This document shows, piece by piece, positions 20,471 to 29,940 of a stretch of DNA of 64,000 bases. Below the pieces are notes generated by a model. It did no database searches. It saw nothing but the letters and a program-made list of their open reading frames with translations, and was not told the origin of the DNA. This stretch comes from Gammaproteobacteria bacterium. GTDB lineage: Bacteria; Pseudomonadota; Gammaproteobacteria; Ga0077536. Made by a program: the position numbers and the translations under genes. The stretch spans positions 8,627 through 72,626 of the forward strand of contig JALRCR010000003.1 of NCBI GenBank assembly GCA_023257255.1, in the 5' to 3' direction. How positions within the stretch are numbered: position 1 is the first letter of the stretch; each line of letters begins with the position of its first letter.

Positions 20471-21579
20471 TGCTGCAACTCCTGACGGCCGGCACTGGCG
20501 ACCGCGTTGACGAATTCCCGGCTGCGCTCGAATAGCGCCGCGCCTGCCGTCAGCAGGGCACCGCCAATCAGCAGGATCGTGTCGGGCCCATAGACGTTCA
20601 GCATTTCCGGCACCCGGGCGACGCTCATGCCCCCGGCCGGCACGGGGGCAATCGGCGCCAGCCTGCCCCAAGGCTCACGCGCAGCCTGCGCCAGCGCCAG
20701 ACAGGTCTCCGGGCTATAGCTGAAGCGTCCGCCGTAATTGGGAAATATCGTGGCGTCGGCGCCAAACAGACGAAACAGGCGGCCCAGCAGCAACGGCGGC
20801 GCAATCCGCGCCGCGCCGGCCAGCGCGGGGTGAGCGATCAGCGCGAAGTCCGTGGCGTCTTGTGCAATGTCGTGAAAGACCGGCAGGCCCAGCAACATGG
20901 GACAGGCCAGCAGGATGCCGACCCCCTCGTCGCGCGCAATCCGCAACTGCTCCGCCAGCTGGCGCGGACTGCCGGAAATCGACGGGGCATACACGCTATG
21001 GCCGCCGGTGGTGGCGTTGGCCACCCGCAGTTCGCGTTGGCAGGCACGCACCCGTGCCGCGAACGGGGCATACCGCTGATTGGCGATGCCGTGGTCGTCC
21101 TTGATGATATCGATGCCGGCGCGGGCAAAGCTGCCACACAGCGCGCCGAGCGCCTCGGCGCTCAGCCCCTGCGGCTTGAGCGCGGTCATGGTCAGCGCGC
21201 GGTGTTCCGCTTGCACGAGGCGGCGCAGGCCCGGCAAGCCGTAGCGTGGGCCGGCAAAGGCGTCGCAAGTTGCGGGCGGCAATTCCACTTCCACGAGTTG
21301 CACGTCTTCCTGCAGGGAACAGTTTCCAAACAGCATGTTCATCAGCTGTCCGGGTTCCGGGCCGGTGGTGGCTTCTGCGATGCCCAGCGTGACCGCGAAA
21401 CGTCCGGGCGCGAGCGGTCTGATGTTTTCAACGCGGGCCAGAATCTCGTCCCGGACGTAGGCGTCGGTAATTGCAGCGGGCGGCATTTCGACGCTTTGCT
21501 CGGCGGCCAGCGCTTCGGCACGGGCCTCGATCGCGCTGCTGTCGGCTTCGAGGTGATAGACGGCTTGGATACGACTCAT
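20467..21579 (-). CDS. RuBisCO-like protein (form IV, R. rubrum type), probable 5-methylthioribulose-1-P isomerase
   Basis: EQSVEMP, NMLFGN, ALKPQGL, IKDDHG (KDDH instead of KDDE), AHP, FPNYGGRF, PAGGM, LIGG. Confidence 0.88.
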   Translation of the reverse strand: MSRIQAVYHLEADSSAIEARAEALAAEQSVEMPPAAITDAYVRDEILARVENIRPLAPGRFAVTLGIAEATTGPEPGQLMNMLFGNCSLQEDVQLVEVELPPATCDAFAGPRYGLPGLRRLVQAEHRALTMTALKPQGLSAEALGALCGSFARAGIDIIKDDHGIANQRYAPFAARVRACQRELRVANATTGGHSVYAPSISGSPRQLAEQLRIARDEGVGILLACPMLLGLPVFHDIAQDATDFALIAHPALAGAARIAPPLLLGRLFRLFGADATIFPNYGGRFSYSPETCLALAQAAREPWGRLAPIAPVPAGGMSVARVPEMLNVYGPDTILLIGGALLTAGAALFERSREFVNAVASAGRQELQQ

Positions 21580-21697
21580 CCCCGCATTGTAGCCGGCCCG
21601 ATGGTTCATTCGCGATTCAGCGCAGCGCGCCCAGAGTCAGTCCCGCACCGGGCCTTCCGATCGGCGGGACGCCCGCGTTGTCTTCAGGAGCAATCGC

Positions 21698-22222
21698 ATG
21701 ACTGCATCTGTGCATTTGAACCCGGTCTGGCGCCGTCCTCTCGCAGGCCTCGTCATCGCGCTCGCGCTGTGCGTCAGCACCGCGGCGCATGCCGACCGTT
21801 ACCGGCATCACGGTTACGGGCAGGCATACGGCCACGGGCGACACCACCACTGGCGTGACGGCGGTCCCCGTGTGGTTCAGCCCTACTACTACGCGCCCGC
21901 GCCGGCCTATGTGGTGCCGCCACCGGTGTATGTGGCGCCGAGCTATTCGGTCTACATGGCGCCCCCGGTTTACTACAGCCCGCCGGCTTACTACAGCGCA
22001 CCGGTCTACGGCGGTAGGGTTTACTCGCAGACCTATCCCTACGATCGCCCCTACTACCGTGGTGGCGGCTACGCGAACGGTGAGCGCCTGTTGCCACGGG
22101 CGGTGCTGGGTGCGGCCGGTGGGCTACTTGGATCGCAAATCGGGCACGGCGACGGTCGCGCGGCCGCCACCGCCGCCGGCGCGATTGCGGGCTGGGTGTT
22201 GGGCGGCAATCTGGCTGACTGA
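21698..22222 (+). CDS. Secreted Tyr/Pro-rich protein with C-terminal glycine-zipper 2TM domain
   Basis: Signal peptide ending AHA, Y/P-rich repeats, GAAGGLLGSQIGHGDGRAAATAAGAIAGWVLG; AGGAG RBS. Confidence 0.8.
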   Translation: MTASVHLNPVWRRPLAGLVIALALCVSTAAHADRYRHHGYGQAYGHGRHHHWRDGGPRVVQPYYYAPAPAYVVPPPVYVAPSYSVYMAPPVYYSPPAYYSAPVYGGRVYSQTYPYDRPYYRGGGYANGERLLPRAVLGAAGGLLGSQIGHGDGRAAATAAGAIAGWVLGGNLAD

Positions 22223-23239
22223 GGCGCCGGGCGCCTCGCGCAGGTCGCGCGGCGCGGCACCGAACCAGCGACGGAAGGCGCGGCTGAAGTTGGCGGGATC
22301 GCGATAGCCCAGCGCTGCTGCGATATCGCCGAGCTTGCGGTCGCGCTCGGCGAGCAGTTCGCTTGCGCGCTCGCGCCGAATTTCATCCACCAGACGCTGA
22401 TAGCTGAACCCGGCATCGGCCAGCCGCCGATGGAGCGTACGGACCGACATGTGGAGGCGATGCGCAGCCTGTTGCACGGTGGGTGGCGTGCGCTCGCCGT
22501 GGTCAGCGTCAAAACACGCCAGCAGCATCTGGCGCAGCGAATCCACCAACGCGCCCTGATAGCCGTGGCGCTCGGCCTGCGCGCAGCGACGCAGCGAGGT
22601 CCGCCACACAATGGCGTCGTAGCCGGCATGCGCGCCCGCCAACCACGATGCAGGCAACACCAGCGCATGGCTGGCCTGCTTAAAGTGAAACTCACCGCGG
22701 AAGCGCTTGCTGTAACGCTCGGATGCCACGCAGGGCGGGTGGCGCAGGCTCAGGTGCACGCCCTGCACCCGACCGCCGCGCAGGGTGCGCACGTAAGCCA
22801 ACAGCGCGAGCAGCGGAATCTCGACCAGAATCGGCCCGAGAGGCCCCAGCTCAAGCAGCGGCGTCACTTCAATCCGGCACTCGCCAGCGCTTAAACGCCG
22901 CTGCCAGGCGAGGTAAGGAATCCGCATCGGCAGATAGCGCACGTAGGCGTTCAGCCCCTCACCCAAGGTCGGCGCACTGAAGAGCGCGCTCGTTAGCGGC
23001 CCGTGAAAATGCTCGCCAATGGCCTCTGCCCACTCGAAATGCCAGTCCGGACGGCGCGTCATGGCGGCGGCATTGGCCGCGCAAACCAGTTGCTGACGGA
23101 CGGTGATAGGCGCGTCTCTGCTCAACACTTCGGCCACGCCCAGTCCGCTGCCCGCCATCAGTCGCGCCGGGTCGGGCGAAGACTGCGCCATCAGCTTCAG
23201 GTAGGTGTTTGGCATCAAGGATTGTTCTAGCCCATGCAT
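22124..23239 (-). CDS. AraC-family transcriptional regulator (OruR/VqsM-like N-terminus)
   Basis: SAPTLGE, MSVRTLHRRL, IAAALGYRDPANFSRAFRRWFG double HTH; start uncertain (23239 or 23215). Confidence 0.85.
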   Translation of the reverse strand: MHGLEQSLMPNTYLKLMAQSSPDPARLMAGSGLGVAEVLSRDAPITVRQQLVCAANAAAMTRRPDWHFEWAEAIGEHFHGPLTSALFSAPTLGEGLNAYVRYLPMRIPYLAWQRRLSAGECRIEVTPLLELGPLGPILVEIPLLALLAYVRTLRGGRVQGVHLSLRHPPCVASERYSKRFRGEFHFKQASHALVLPASWLAGAHAGYDAIVWRTSLRRCAQAERHGYQGALVDSLRQMLLACFDADHGERTPPTVQQAAHRLHMSVRTLHRRLADAGFSYQRLVDEIRRERASELLAERDRKLGDIAAALGYRDPANFSRAFRRWFGAAPRDLREAPGASVSQIAAQHPARNRAGGGGGRATVAVPDLRSK

Positions 23240-23249
23240 GACGCGAGTT

Positions 23250-23286
23250 TGGCATGAAATGACAAATACATGGCAGCATCCAACCT
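23250..23286 (+). promoter_or_regulatory. Candidate AraC/XylS-type direct-repeat operator
   Basis: TGGCA half-sites at 23250 and 23271 (21-bp spacing) in the AT-richer divergent intergenic region. Confidence 0.4.
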
Positions 23287-23358
23287 CACTTTTCTTATGG
23301 TTGCTGGTTAGCCTGCGGGCAACGGTCGGTACAGGCCGCAACTCAGGAGCAACGTCAG

Positions 23359-24642
23359 ATGAAGTTTCACTGGTTCAACCTCATGCCCTGGCCCTATCTG
23401 CCAGACGATTTCACCGAGAAACATCGCAGCGTCTGGGTGGATGTCGATTCACGCCTCTTCGATCCGGTGAAAGCCAACCGGGTCTACAACGACTACCTCG
23501 ACCTGCTCGAGTTTGCGGCCGACCTCGGCTACGACGGCGTGGGCATCAACGAGCACCACCAAAATGCCTACGGGCTTATGCCGTCACCGCAGTTGATGGC
23601 CTCGACACTCGCACGCCGCACGCGCGACGCCTCGATCCTGCTGCTCGGTCAGTCGCTCGCGCTCTACGACCCGCCGACGCGCGTGGCCGAGGAAATGGCG
23701 ATGATCGACTGCATTTCCGGCGGTCGGCTGATTTCCGGCTTCCCGGTCGGCAGTTCCATGGACGACAACTACGCCTGCGGCGTTAATCCCGCCACGCTGC
23801 GCGAAAAATACATGGAGGCCCACGACCTGATTCGCCGCGCGTGGTCCGACCCGGATGTATTCGCCTGGAACGGCAAGCACTACAAGCTGCGCTACGTGAA
23901 CCTCTGGCCGCGCCCCATCCAGAATCCGCCCCCGATCTGGATCCCGGGCGGCGGCTCGGTAGAGACCTGGGACTTCTGCGCCCAGCACAACTACAACTAC
24001 AGCTACCTGTCGTTCAGTGGCTACATCCGCGGCGCGCAGTTGATGGAAGGATTCTGGCGCCGGCTGGAAGAACTCGGCGCTGAGTTCAATCCCTATCAGG
24101 CCGCCTTCGCCCAACAGATCTGCGTGGCCGAGACCGATGCCGAAGCGCAGCGTCTGTATGAGAAACACGCGCGGTATTTCTTCTCGCGGTGTCTGCACGT
24201 CCATCCGGGTTTTGCCGATGCGCCGGGCTACCGCACCGAGGCGACGATTCGCGCCGGTCTGCAAAGCCAGATGGCGGGCCAATCTTCCGCGCTCAATCAG
24301 GCTGCCTCGCTCAGCTGGCAGGAAATGATCGACAAGGGCTTCATCATCGCCGGCAGTCCGGACTCCGTTGCCGAGCAGATGGAGCGCGTCGCCCGCACAC
24401 TGAAAGTGGGTCACGTGGTCTGCCTGCTGCACTTCGGCGATATGCCCAATGAGGTTTGCCGCTACTCCACCGAAATGTTCGCCCAGCGAGTCATACCGCG
24501 CATTCGTCCGATCTGGGGCGAATACGAAGACCACTGGTCGCCGAAACCCATGCCGCAGGCCGACCGCGCGGTGCCGCGCGATTGCCCCGGCACCGCAGAT
24601 CCGTCTGCCGCCGCCCGGCCGACCTTGGCGAGGGTCGTGTGA
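23359..24642 (+). CDS. Luciferase-like (LLM) flavin-dependent monooxygenase
   Basis: GYDG..INEHH, RVAEEMAMID.ISGGR, WPRPIQ.PPPIW, GSPD motifs; AGGAG RBS. Confidence 0.9.
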   Translation: MKFHWFNLMPWPYLPDDFTEKHRSVWVDVDSRLFDPVKANRVYNDYLDLLEFAADLGYDGVGINEHHQNAYGLMPSPQLMASTLARRTRDASILLLGQSLALYDPPTRVAEEMAMIDCISGGRLISGFPVGSSMDDNYACGVNPATLREKYMEAHDLIRRAWSDPDVFAWNGKHYKLRYVNLWPRPIQNPPPIWIPGGGSVETWDFCAQHNYNYSYLSFSGYIRGAQLMEGFWRRLEELGAEFNPYQAAFAQQICVAETDAEAQRLYEKHARYFFSRCLHVHPGFADAPGYRTEATIRAGLQSQMAGQSSALNQAASLSWQEMIDKGFIIAGSPDSVAEQMERVARTLKVGHVVCLLHFGDMPNEVCRYSTEMFAQRVIPRIRPIWGEYEDHWSPKPMPQADRAVPRDCPGTADPSAAARPTLARVV

Positions 24643-25415
24643 TGGAACTTAAAACTATCCACGTGGGCCACGAAGGACGCACCGTTCACTACTACCGCGC
24701 CGGACAAGGCAAACCGCTGCTCTACCTGCATCACCTGCTGGGGATTCGCGGCTTCGAGCCGGCGCTGGCGCAACTGGCCGAGCACTACGACCTGATTGCG
24801 CCCTTCGCGCCGGGCTGGGGTCCGGCGAAAGATGATCTGCCTGACATCGATCCGGGCGCGCTTGATCTCACCCTGCACTATTGCGACCTGCTGGATGCGC
24901 TGGGCGTTACGCAGACCGACGTAGTCGGAATCAGCATTGGCGCCTGGATGGCGGCCGAACTGGCGGCGATTTCGCCGCAGCGCGTGGCTCAGCTGGTGCT
25001 GGTCAACCCGCTAGGACTATGGCTGGACGAAGTGGGTGGCGAAGACGCCTTCGCGCAACACCCGGGCTTTCCGTCGCGGGTGCTGTTTTCGGACCGCTCG
25101 ATGCGCGAGAAGCTGCTGATCGCCGGCCGCGACAAGATGGAAGCGCATGTGGAGGAATTGCTGAACCTGCGCGCGGGCGCCAAGTTCCTGTGGCCGATTC
25201 CGGATACCGGCGTCAAACGCAGGCTGCCGCGCATCAAGGCGCGCACCCTCATTGCCACCAGCGAGAAGGACACCATCGTCCCGGCGGCCTACGGACCGGC
25301 CTGGCAGGCGGCGATCCCCGGTGCGCAGCTGACCACGCTGCCTGACGCCGGCCACATCGCCGAACTGGAACAGCCCGATGCATTCTCCGCGCTGGTTCGG
25401 GGTTTTTTGAACTGA
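24642..25415 (+). CDS. Alpha/beta-hydrolase
   Basis: G.GKPLLYLH, GISIG nucleophile elbow, D..V, AGH; TGATG coupling to the LLM gene. Confidence 0.85.
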   Translation: MELKTIHVGHEGRTVHYYRAGQGKPLLYLHHLLGIRGFEPALAQLAEHYDLIAPFAPGWGPAKDDLPDIDPGALDLTLHYCDLLDALGVTQTDVVGISIGAWMAAELAAISPQRVAQLVLVNPLGLWLDEVGGEDAFAQHPGFPSRVLFSDRSMREKLLIAGRDKMEAHVEELLNLRAGAKFLWPIPDTGVKRRLPRIKARTLIATSEKDTIVPAAYGPAWQAAIPGAQLTTLPDAGHIAELEQPDAFSALVRGFLN

Positions 25416-25429
25416 CTCCCCCGCGATGA

Positions 25430-25458
25430 CCTCACGGGAGCTCGGTGCTCCCGTGAGG
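25430..25458. terminator. 12-bp hairpin between convergent genes
   Basis: cctcacgggagc-tcggt-gctcccgtgagg. Confidence 0.6.
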
Positions 25459-25467
25459 AACTCTCCT

Positions 25468-26034
25468 CTACTTCCGAATCCCTTCGACCCCAAGCTCAAG
25501 CTCGACCGTCGTCGACGCCGGCCCCAGCTCGTAGTTGAGCCCGAAATCTTTGCGGGTCAGCACGTAAGTGCCGCTGAAGCCCGCGCGATAACCGCCCCAG
25601 GGATCCTTGCCTTCACCAATCTTCTTGATCGCGATGTCCACCGGCTTCTCGATCCCGTGCAGCGACAACACCCCGGAGAGCGTGCCGCCATTGGCATCGC
25701 CCTTGTACGCGGTGCTTTTGAACGTTGCTTTCGGGAACTGCGTCACGTCGAGGAAATCCCCACCGCGCAGGTGCTTGTCGCGCTCGGCATGGTTGCTGTC
25801 GACGCTGGTGGTCTCGACGGTCACGTCGATCGCGCTTTCCGCCGGCTTGTCTGCGTCGTATTTGAAGTTGCCCGACACCGCGTTGAAGCGGCCATGCAGC
25901 CAGCTATAGCCCAGATGCTGCACGCGAAACTGCACGAACGAATGGGTGGGGTCGATTTGATACTCCGCCGCCTCGACGGCCGCGCTGCCCGCGACCAACA
26001 ACAAACCGGACAAAAACAGGGAACCAGAACGCAT
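25468..26034 (-). CDS. yceI: YceI family periplasmic polyisoprenoid-binding protein
   Basis: Signal peptide, [37 protein letters not shown]. Confidence 0.9.
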   Translation of the reverse strand: MRSGSLFLSGLLLVAGSAAVEAAEYQIDPTHSFVQFRVQHLGYSWLHGRFNAVSGNFKYDADKPAESAIDVTVETTSVDSNHAERDKHLRGGDFLDVTQFPKATFKSTAYKGDANGGTLSGVLSLHGIEKPVDIAIKKIGEGKDPWGGYRAGFSGTYVLTRKDFGLNYELGPASTTVELELGVEGIRK

Positions 26035-26055
26035 AACGAACTCCTTTGACGTTGC

Positions 26056-26892
26056 CTAAGAAAAAGCCGGCTGGCATAAGGCGCCAGACGACGCAGAGAA
26101 CAGGTAGTGATCCATCGCCAAGCCTTCATGCATCACGCTGGCATGGACACGCTCGGCACTCCACGACACACCGGCTGCGCCGAGTGCGGTGAAGAGCGGC
26201 AGCAGATGCTCGTCGGTGGGATGCGCACGGGTGGCGCCCGGGGCCCGCTCGCGATAGCCGAGCAGGGCTTCCAGCTGACCGTTCGCGAGTTGCGCCGCGA
26301 GCCAATCGGCAAAGTCCGTGACATAGGGCAGACCGGCCGCGTTGTCGCGCGCGCCGTGCAGGCGACAATCCGCCAGATTGTGCGTAATTGACCCGGAGCC
26401 CACGACCAGCACGCCCCGCGAACGCAGGCTGCTCAGCGCGCGTCCCAGACGCCAGTGGTAGTAGGGCGACTTGCGGGCGTTGATCGAAATCTGCGTGACC
26501 GGCACCTCGGCCTGCGGATACATCAGCAAGAGCGGCGTCCACACGCCGTGATCAAAGCCACGCTCGACATCGAGAGCCGCATTAAACCCCGCCTCCCTCA
26601 GCAAGTCCACGATGTCGGCAGCGAGGCTGGCAGCGCCCGGCGCCGGATATTGCAGTTCGTAGAGCGAGCGAGGAAAGCCGTAAAAATCGTGCACCGTTGA
26701 CGGCGCCTGCCCGCCCAGCACGCCCACCTGCGGCGAGTCCCAATGCGCCGAAATCACCAAAATAGCCGCCGGCTTGCCCAGCCGCGCGGCAAAGCCCGCC
26801 AGAAATTGCCGCTCTGGGGAGACCTCCAGGGCGAGCGTCGGCGCGCCATGCGAAATGAACACTGCGGGTAAGGGCTGGGCCAATTCGGGCAT
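26056..26892 (-). CDS. ygiD: DODA-type class III extradiol dioxygenase
   Basis: FISHGAP, ISAHW, HDFYGFP, RGFDHG.W, GSGSITHNL, AHPTDEHLLPL. Confidence 0.88.
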   Translation of the reverse strand: MPELAQPLPAVFISHGAPTLALEVSPERQFLAGFAARLGKPAAILVISAHWDSPQVGVLGGQAPSTVHDFYGFPRSLYELQYPAPGAASLAADIVDLLREAGFNAALDVERGFDHGVWTPLLLMYPQAEVPVTQISINARKSPYYHWRLGRALSSLRSRGVLVVGSGSITHNLADCRLHGARDNAAGLPYVTDFADWLAAQLANGQLEALLGYRERAPGATRAHPTDEHLLPLFTALGAAGVSWSAERVHASVMHEGLAMDHYLFSASSGALCQPAFS

Positions 26893-26976
26893 GCGCCATT
26901 CCTGAAACGAGGGTCGATGGCTGCGGAGTATCTAGGCCACCCATTTCTCATACAATCCGTTTAAATCGAAACTCAC

Positions 26977-26995
26977 TGTCCCTGATAGAGGAACA
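26977..26995. promoter_or_regulatory. Candidate LysR recognition site
   Basis: Imperfect palindrome TGTCCCTGATAGAGGAACA in the divergent ygiD/LysR gap. Confidence 0.45.
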
Positions 26996-26999
26996 ATCG

Positions 27000-27926
27000 A
27001 TGGACAGACTGGCGGCAATGTCTGCCTTCAAGGCGGTCGTGGACTACGGGGGCTATGCGGCGGCGGCCCGGGGCAGCGGGCGCTCAAAAACCGCCTTGTC
27101 GAAAGCAGTCGCCGATCTGGAGGCGCATCTGGGCGTGCGCCTGCTCCAGCGAACCACCCGCCGCCTCTCCCTCACCGAGGCGGGCCGCCAGTACCACGCC
27201 CGCTGCATCACGCTGCTGGCCGAACTGGACGAGGCCGACGGCGAGGCGCGCGACAACCAGCGCAACGTGCGCGGTCTCATCCGGCTGGTGGCCCCGCAGA
27301 CGTTCGGCGAACTCTACCTGCTGCCGCTGCTTGCCCGTTTTCTGGAAGACACGCCGGAAGTGTCGCTGGACCTCCAATTGACCGACCGCTTCGTAGACCT
27401 GATCGAGGAGCGCTTTGACCTAGCGGTGCGCATTGCCGACCTGCCGGAGTCGAGCCTCGTGGCAAAACGCCTGGGCGACATGCGGCTGGTGGTCTGCGCG
27501 GCACCGGCCTACCTCGCCCGTCGCGGCCGCCCGCAAGCGCCAGATGAGCTTGCCGGGCATGCCTGCCTGATCGATACCAACTTTCGTGAGCCGGGCGTTT
27601 GGACGTTTCGGACGGGATCAGCCACGCGCCGCGTGCCCGTACGTGGCGCCATCGCGGCCAACAGCGCAAGCGCCATCCGCACCATGGCGATCGCAGGTCA
27701 CGGAATTGGGCTGTGCCCCGATTTTGTCGTCGCACGCGATGTGCAGGAAGGTCGGCTGGAACCGCTGTTGAGCGACTACGCCACGGCGCCACGCGGCATC
27801 TACGCGGTCTATCCCAATCGCCAGCATCTGGCCCGCCGCCTGCGCCTGCTCATCGATTTTCTGGCGCGGCATCTCGCCGACGGCCTGCCGGTTCAGGCGC
27901 TGGCGGTCGGGGGGAAGCCGGGATAG
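27000..27926 (+). CDS. LysR-type regulator (CrgA-like)
   Basis: MDRLAAM, LEAHLGVRLLQRTTRRLSLTEAG, DRFVDLIEE.FDLAVR. Confidence 0.92.
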   Translation: MDRLAAMSAFKAVVDYGGYAAAARGSGRSKTALSKAVADLEAHLGVRLLQRTTRRLSLTEAGRQYHARCITLLAELDEADGEARDNQRNVRGLIRLVAPQTFGELYLLPLLARFLEDTPEVSLDLQLTDRFVDLIEERFDLAVRIADLPESSLVAKRLGDMRLVVCAAPAYLARRGRPQAPDELAGHACLIDTNFREPGVWTFRTGSATRRVPVRGAIAANSASAIRTMAIAGHGIGLCPDFVVARDVQEGRLEPLLSDYATAPRGIYAVYPNRQHLARRLRLLIDFLARHLADGLPVQALAVGGKPG

Positions 27927-28729
27927 TAAGCCCGCTCGATCACAAAACGTCGGGCGTAGGGTTTCCAGGGCTGGCCGGTCGCCAGCGCGGCGATTGCGGC
28001 ATCCGCATCCTCCAGCCACATCCCGCCCATGCTGCTCACCCCGCGGGCAAACAGCGGGCCCGGGAAGAAGCCGGCGGTGGGCCCGATGATCGCAATCTCG
28101 CGCGCCGCACGGCAGTAGGCGAGCGTCGTCTCCAGGCTGTCGTTCAGGCACATGGTGGCGGTCGCCAACACCACGCTGCAGTCGCTCAATGCCATCGGAT
28201 CGCCGGTCACGCGCAGTCCGGGCGCCTCGCGCCACAGGTGTGGCTTGCGCTCAAGCACCACGACCGGCCGCTGGTCCGCGAGCAGGCGTTCAATCAGGGG
28301 TTGGAAGTTGCCCACCATGCCAACCCGATCGGTCTGCGCAAAACTTGCGCCGAAGGCATCCCTGGCCACCGGTGGGACATAGCCGTGATGTCGCCACCAC
28401 CACGTGGTCATGGCGTTAATCGCCGCCAGACCCAGCGAGCGGGACGCTTCGTCCTCGCGCAGAAAATAGCGTGCGAGTTCCAGCGCGGGCAGCCCTTCCA
28501 GCGTCGCCGGCGGAAAACGTTGCGCCATGCCCTGCTGCCCCTCGCCGAGCCAGGCGTAGTAAAGCCCCGCACTGCCGTCGGCCAGTTGAACTGCGCCAAA
28601 TTCGGGGTCGCGCGCAGGATCAGGTTGCGGTTCCGGCATGAACACCCGGCGCACCGGCGGCGGCGTCACCCGCGCCGCCACGCGCGCCGCTTCATGAAAC
28701 AGGTCTGCCCGAAAGTGCTGCTCCGTCAT
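27893..28729 (-). CDS. DUF364-like (enolase-N + Rossmann-like) protein
   Basis: RSLGLAAINA, VGMVGNFQPL, VLE, TAT..LNDSL, IIGPTA motifs. Confidence 0.7.
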   Translation of the reverse strand: MTEQHFRADLFHEAARVAARVTPPPVRRVFMPEPQPDPARDPEFGAVQLADGSAGLYYAWLGEGQQGMAQRFPPATLEGLPALELARYFLREDEASRSLGLAAINAMTTWWWRHHGYVPPVARDAFGASFAQTDRVGMVGNFQPLIERLLADQRPVVVLERKPHLWREAPGLRVTGDPMALSDCSVVLATATMCLNDSLETTLAYCRAAREIAIIGPTAGFFPGPLFARGVSSMGGMWLEDADAAIAALATGQPWKPYARRFVIERAYYPGFPPTASA

Positions 28730-28801
28730 CGACCTCGCCCCTTGCGCTGAAATCGGTTTGTTATAGTCGCCGCCGCTTCATTGTGACCGGAGAATCCCGC
28801 C

Positions 28802-29929
28802 GTGCATCGCCCGCTCAACGCCATGTTCAACCAGAACGCTTTCAAGCTGGGGCTGTTTTCGCCCAACTGCAGCGGCGGGATGGCGGTGACCACCGTACCC
28901 GAGCGCTGGGACGCCAGCTGGGCCAATAATCTTCAACTGGCACAACTGGCCGACCGGGAGGGCATCGAGTTTCTGCTGCCTATCGCGCGCTGGACGGGCT
29001 ACGGTGGTGAGACCGATTTTCAGGGCGACTCGCTGGAAACCGTGACCTGGGCCGCCGGCCTGCTGGCGCACACCCGGCGACTGTCTGTCTTCGCCACTGC
29101 GCATGCCTCGTTCATGCACCCGCTGCTGGCGGCCAAGCAGTTCGCCACGATTGACCAGCTGTCGGGTGGCCGCTTCGGGCTCAACATCGTCTGTGGCTGG
29201 AACCAGCCTGAGTACGCGATGTTCGGTCTCAATCTGCCGGGCGACCACGCCACCCGCTATCGCTATGGTCAGGAGTGGTGGGAAGTCATCAAGAAAAGCT
29301 GGGAAACCACGGCGCCTTTCGACTGGGACGGCGAGTTCTTCCAGTTGCGCGGCGCCCGTTGCAGTCCGCAGCCCATCGGTCCGGGGCTGCCGCCGTTGAT
29401 GAACGCCGGCTCTTCACAGGAAGGCCGCGAATTCGCGGCACGCAACTGCGATTTCCTGTTCACCGTGATGATCAATCCTGAACAAGGGCGGGACGAAGTC
29501 GCCCGCATCAAGGCCCTCGCCAAGGCGCAGTTTGAGCGCGAACTTGCCGTGTTCACGACGACCTACGTGGTGTGTCGCCCGACGCAGCGCGAAGCCGAGG
29601 AATATCACCAGCACTATGCGGTGGCATGCGCGGATACGGCCGCGGTTGAACGCCTGATGCAGTTGCAGGGCATGTACGCGCAGTCGTTCCCGCAAGACAT
29701 GATCGACGCCCTGCGGGTGCAGTTCGCCGGCGGTCACGGCGTGTATCCCTTGATTGGCGACCCCGATCATGTCGCAAACGAACTGGCCCGCATCCACGCC
29801 GCCGGCTATGCCGGGGCGACGCTCGCGTTTGTGAACTATCTGGAGGAGTTGCCCTACTTCGCCGCCGAAGTGCTGCCGCGGCTGGAAGCGCGCGGCCTGC
29901 GCATGCCCGCCGCTGCGCTGCCCGAATAA
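28802..29929 (+). CDS. LLM flavin-dependent monooxygenase (SsuD/RutA-like group)
   Basis: FKLGLFSPNCSGG, PIARW.GYGG, HPLLAAKQ.ATID.LSGGRFGLN, NAGSS; GTG start with GGAGA RBS. Confidence 0.88.
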   Translation: MHRPLNAMFNQNAFKLGLFSPNCSGGMAVTTVPERWDASWANNLQLAQLADREGIEFLLPIARWTGYGGETDFQGDSLETVTWAAGLLAHTRRLSVFATAHASFMHPLLAAKQFATIDQLSGGRFGLNIVCGWNQPEYAMFGLNLPGDHATRYRYGQEWWEVIKKSWETTAPFDWDGEFFQLRGARCSPQPIGPGLPPLMNAGSSQEGREFAARNCDFLFTVMINPEQGRDEVARIKALAKAQFERELAVFTTTYVVCRPTQREAEEYHQHYAVACADTAAVERLMQLQGMYAQSFPQDMIDALRVQFAGGHGVYPLIGDPDHVANELARIHAAGYAGATLAFVNYLEELPYFAAEVLPRLEARGLRMPAAALPE

Positions 29930-29940
29930 GCGGGCTACAA

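Noticed and set aside
20467-21579. RuBisCO large subunit / carbon fixation
   Set aside because: KDDH motif, short length, and no rbcS, prk or other cbb genes indicate a form IV RLP
21580-21697. SAM/SAH riboswitch upstream of the RLP
   Set aside because: Only a generic GC stem is visible; no recognisable conserved riboswitch core (an Rfam scan would settle it)
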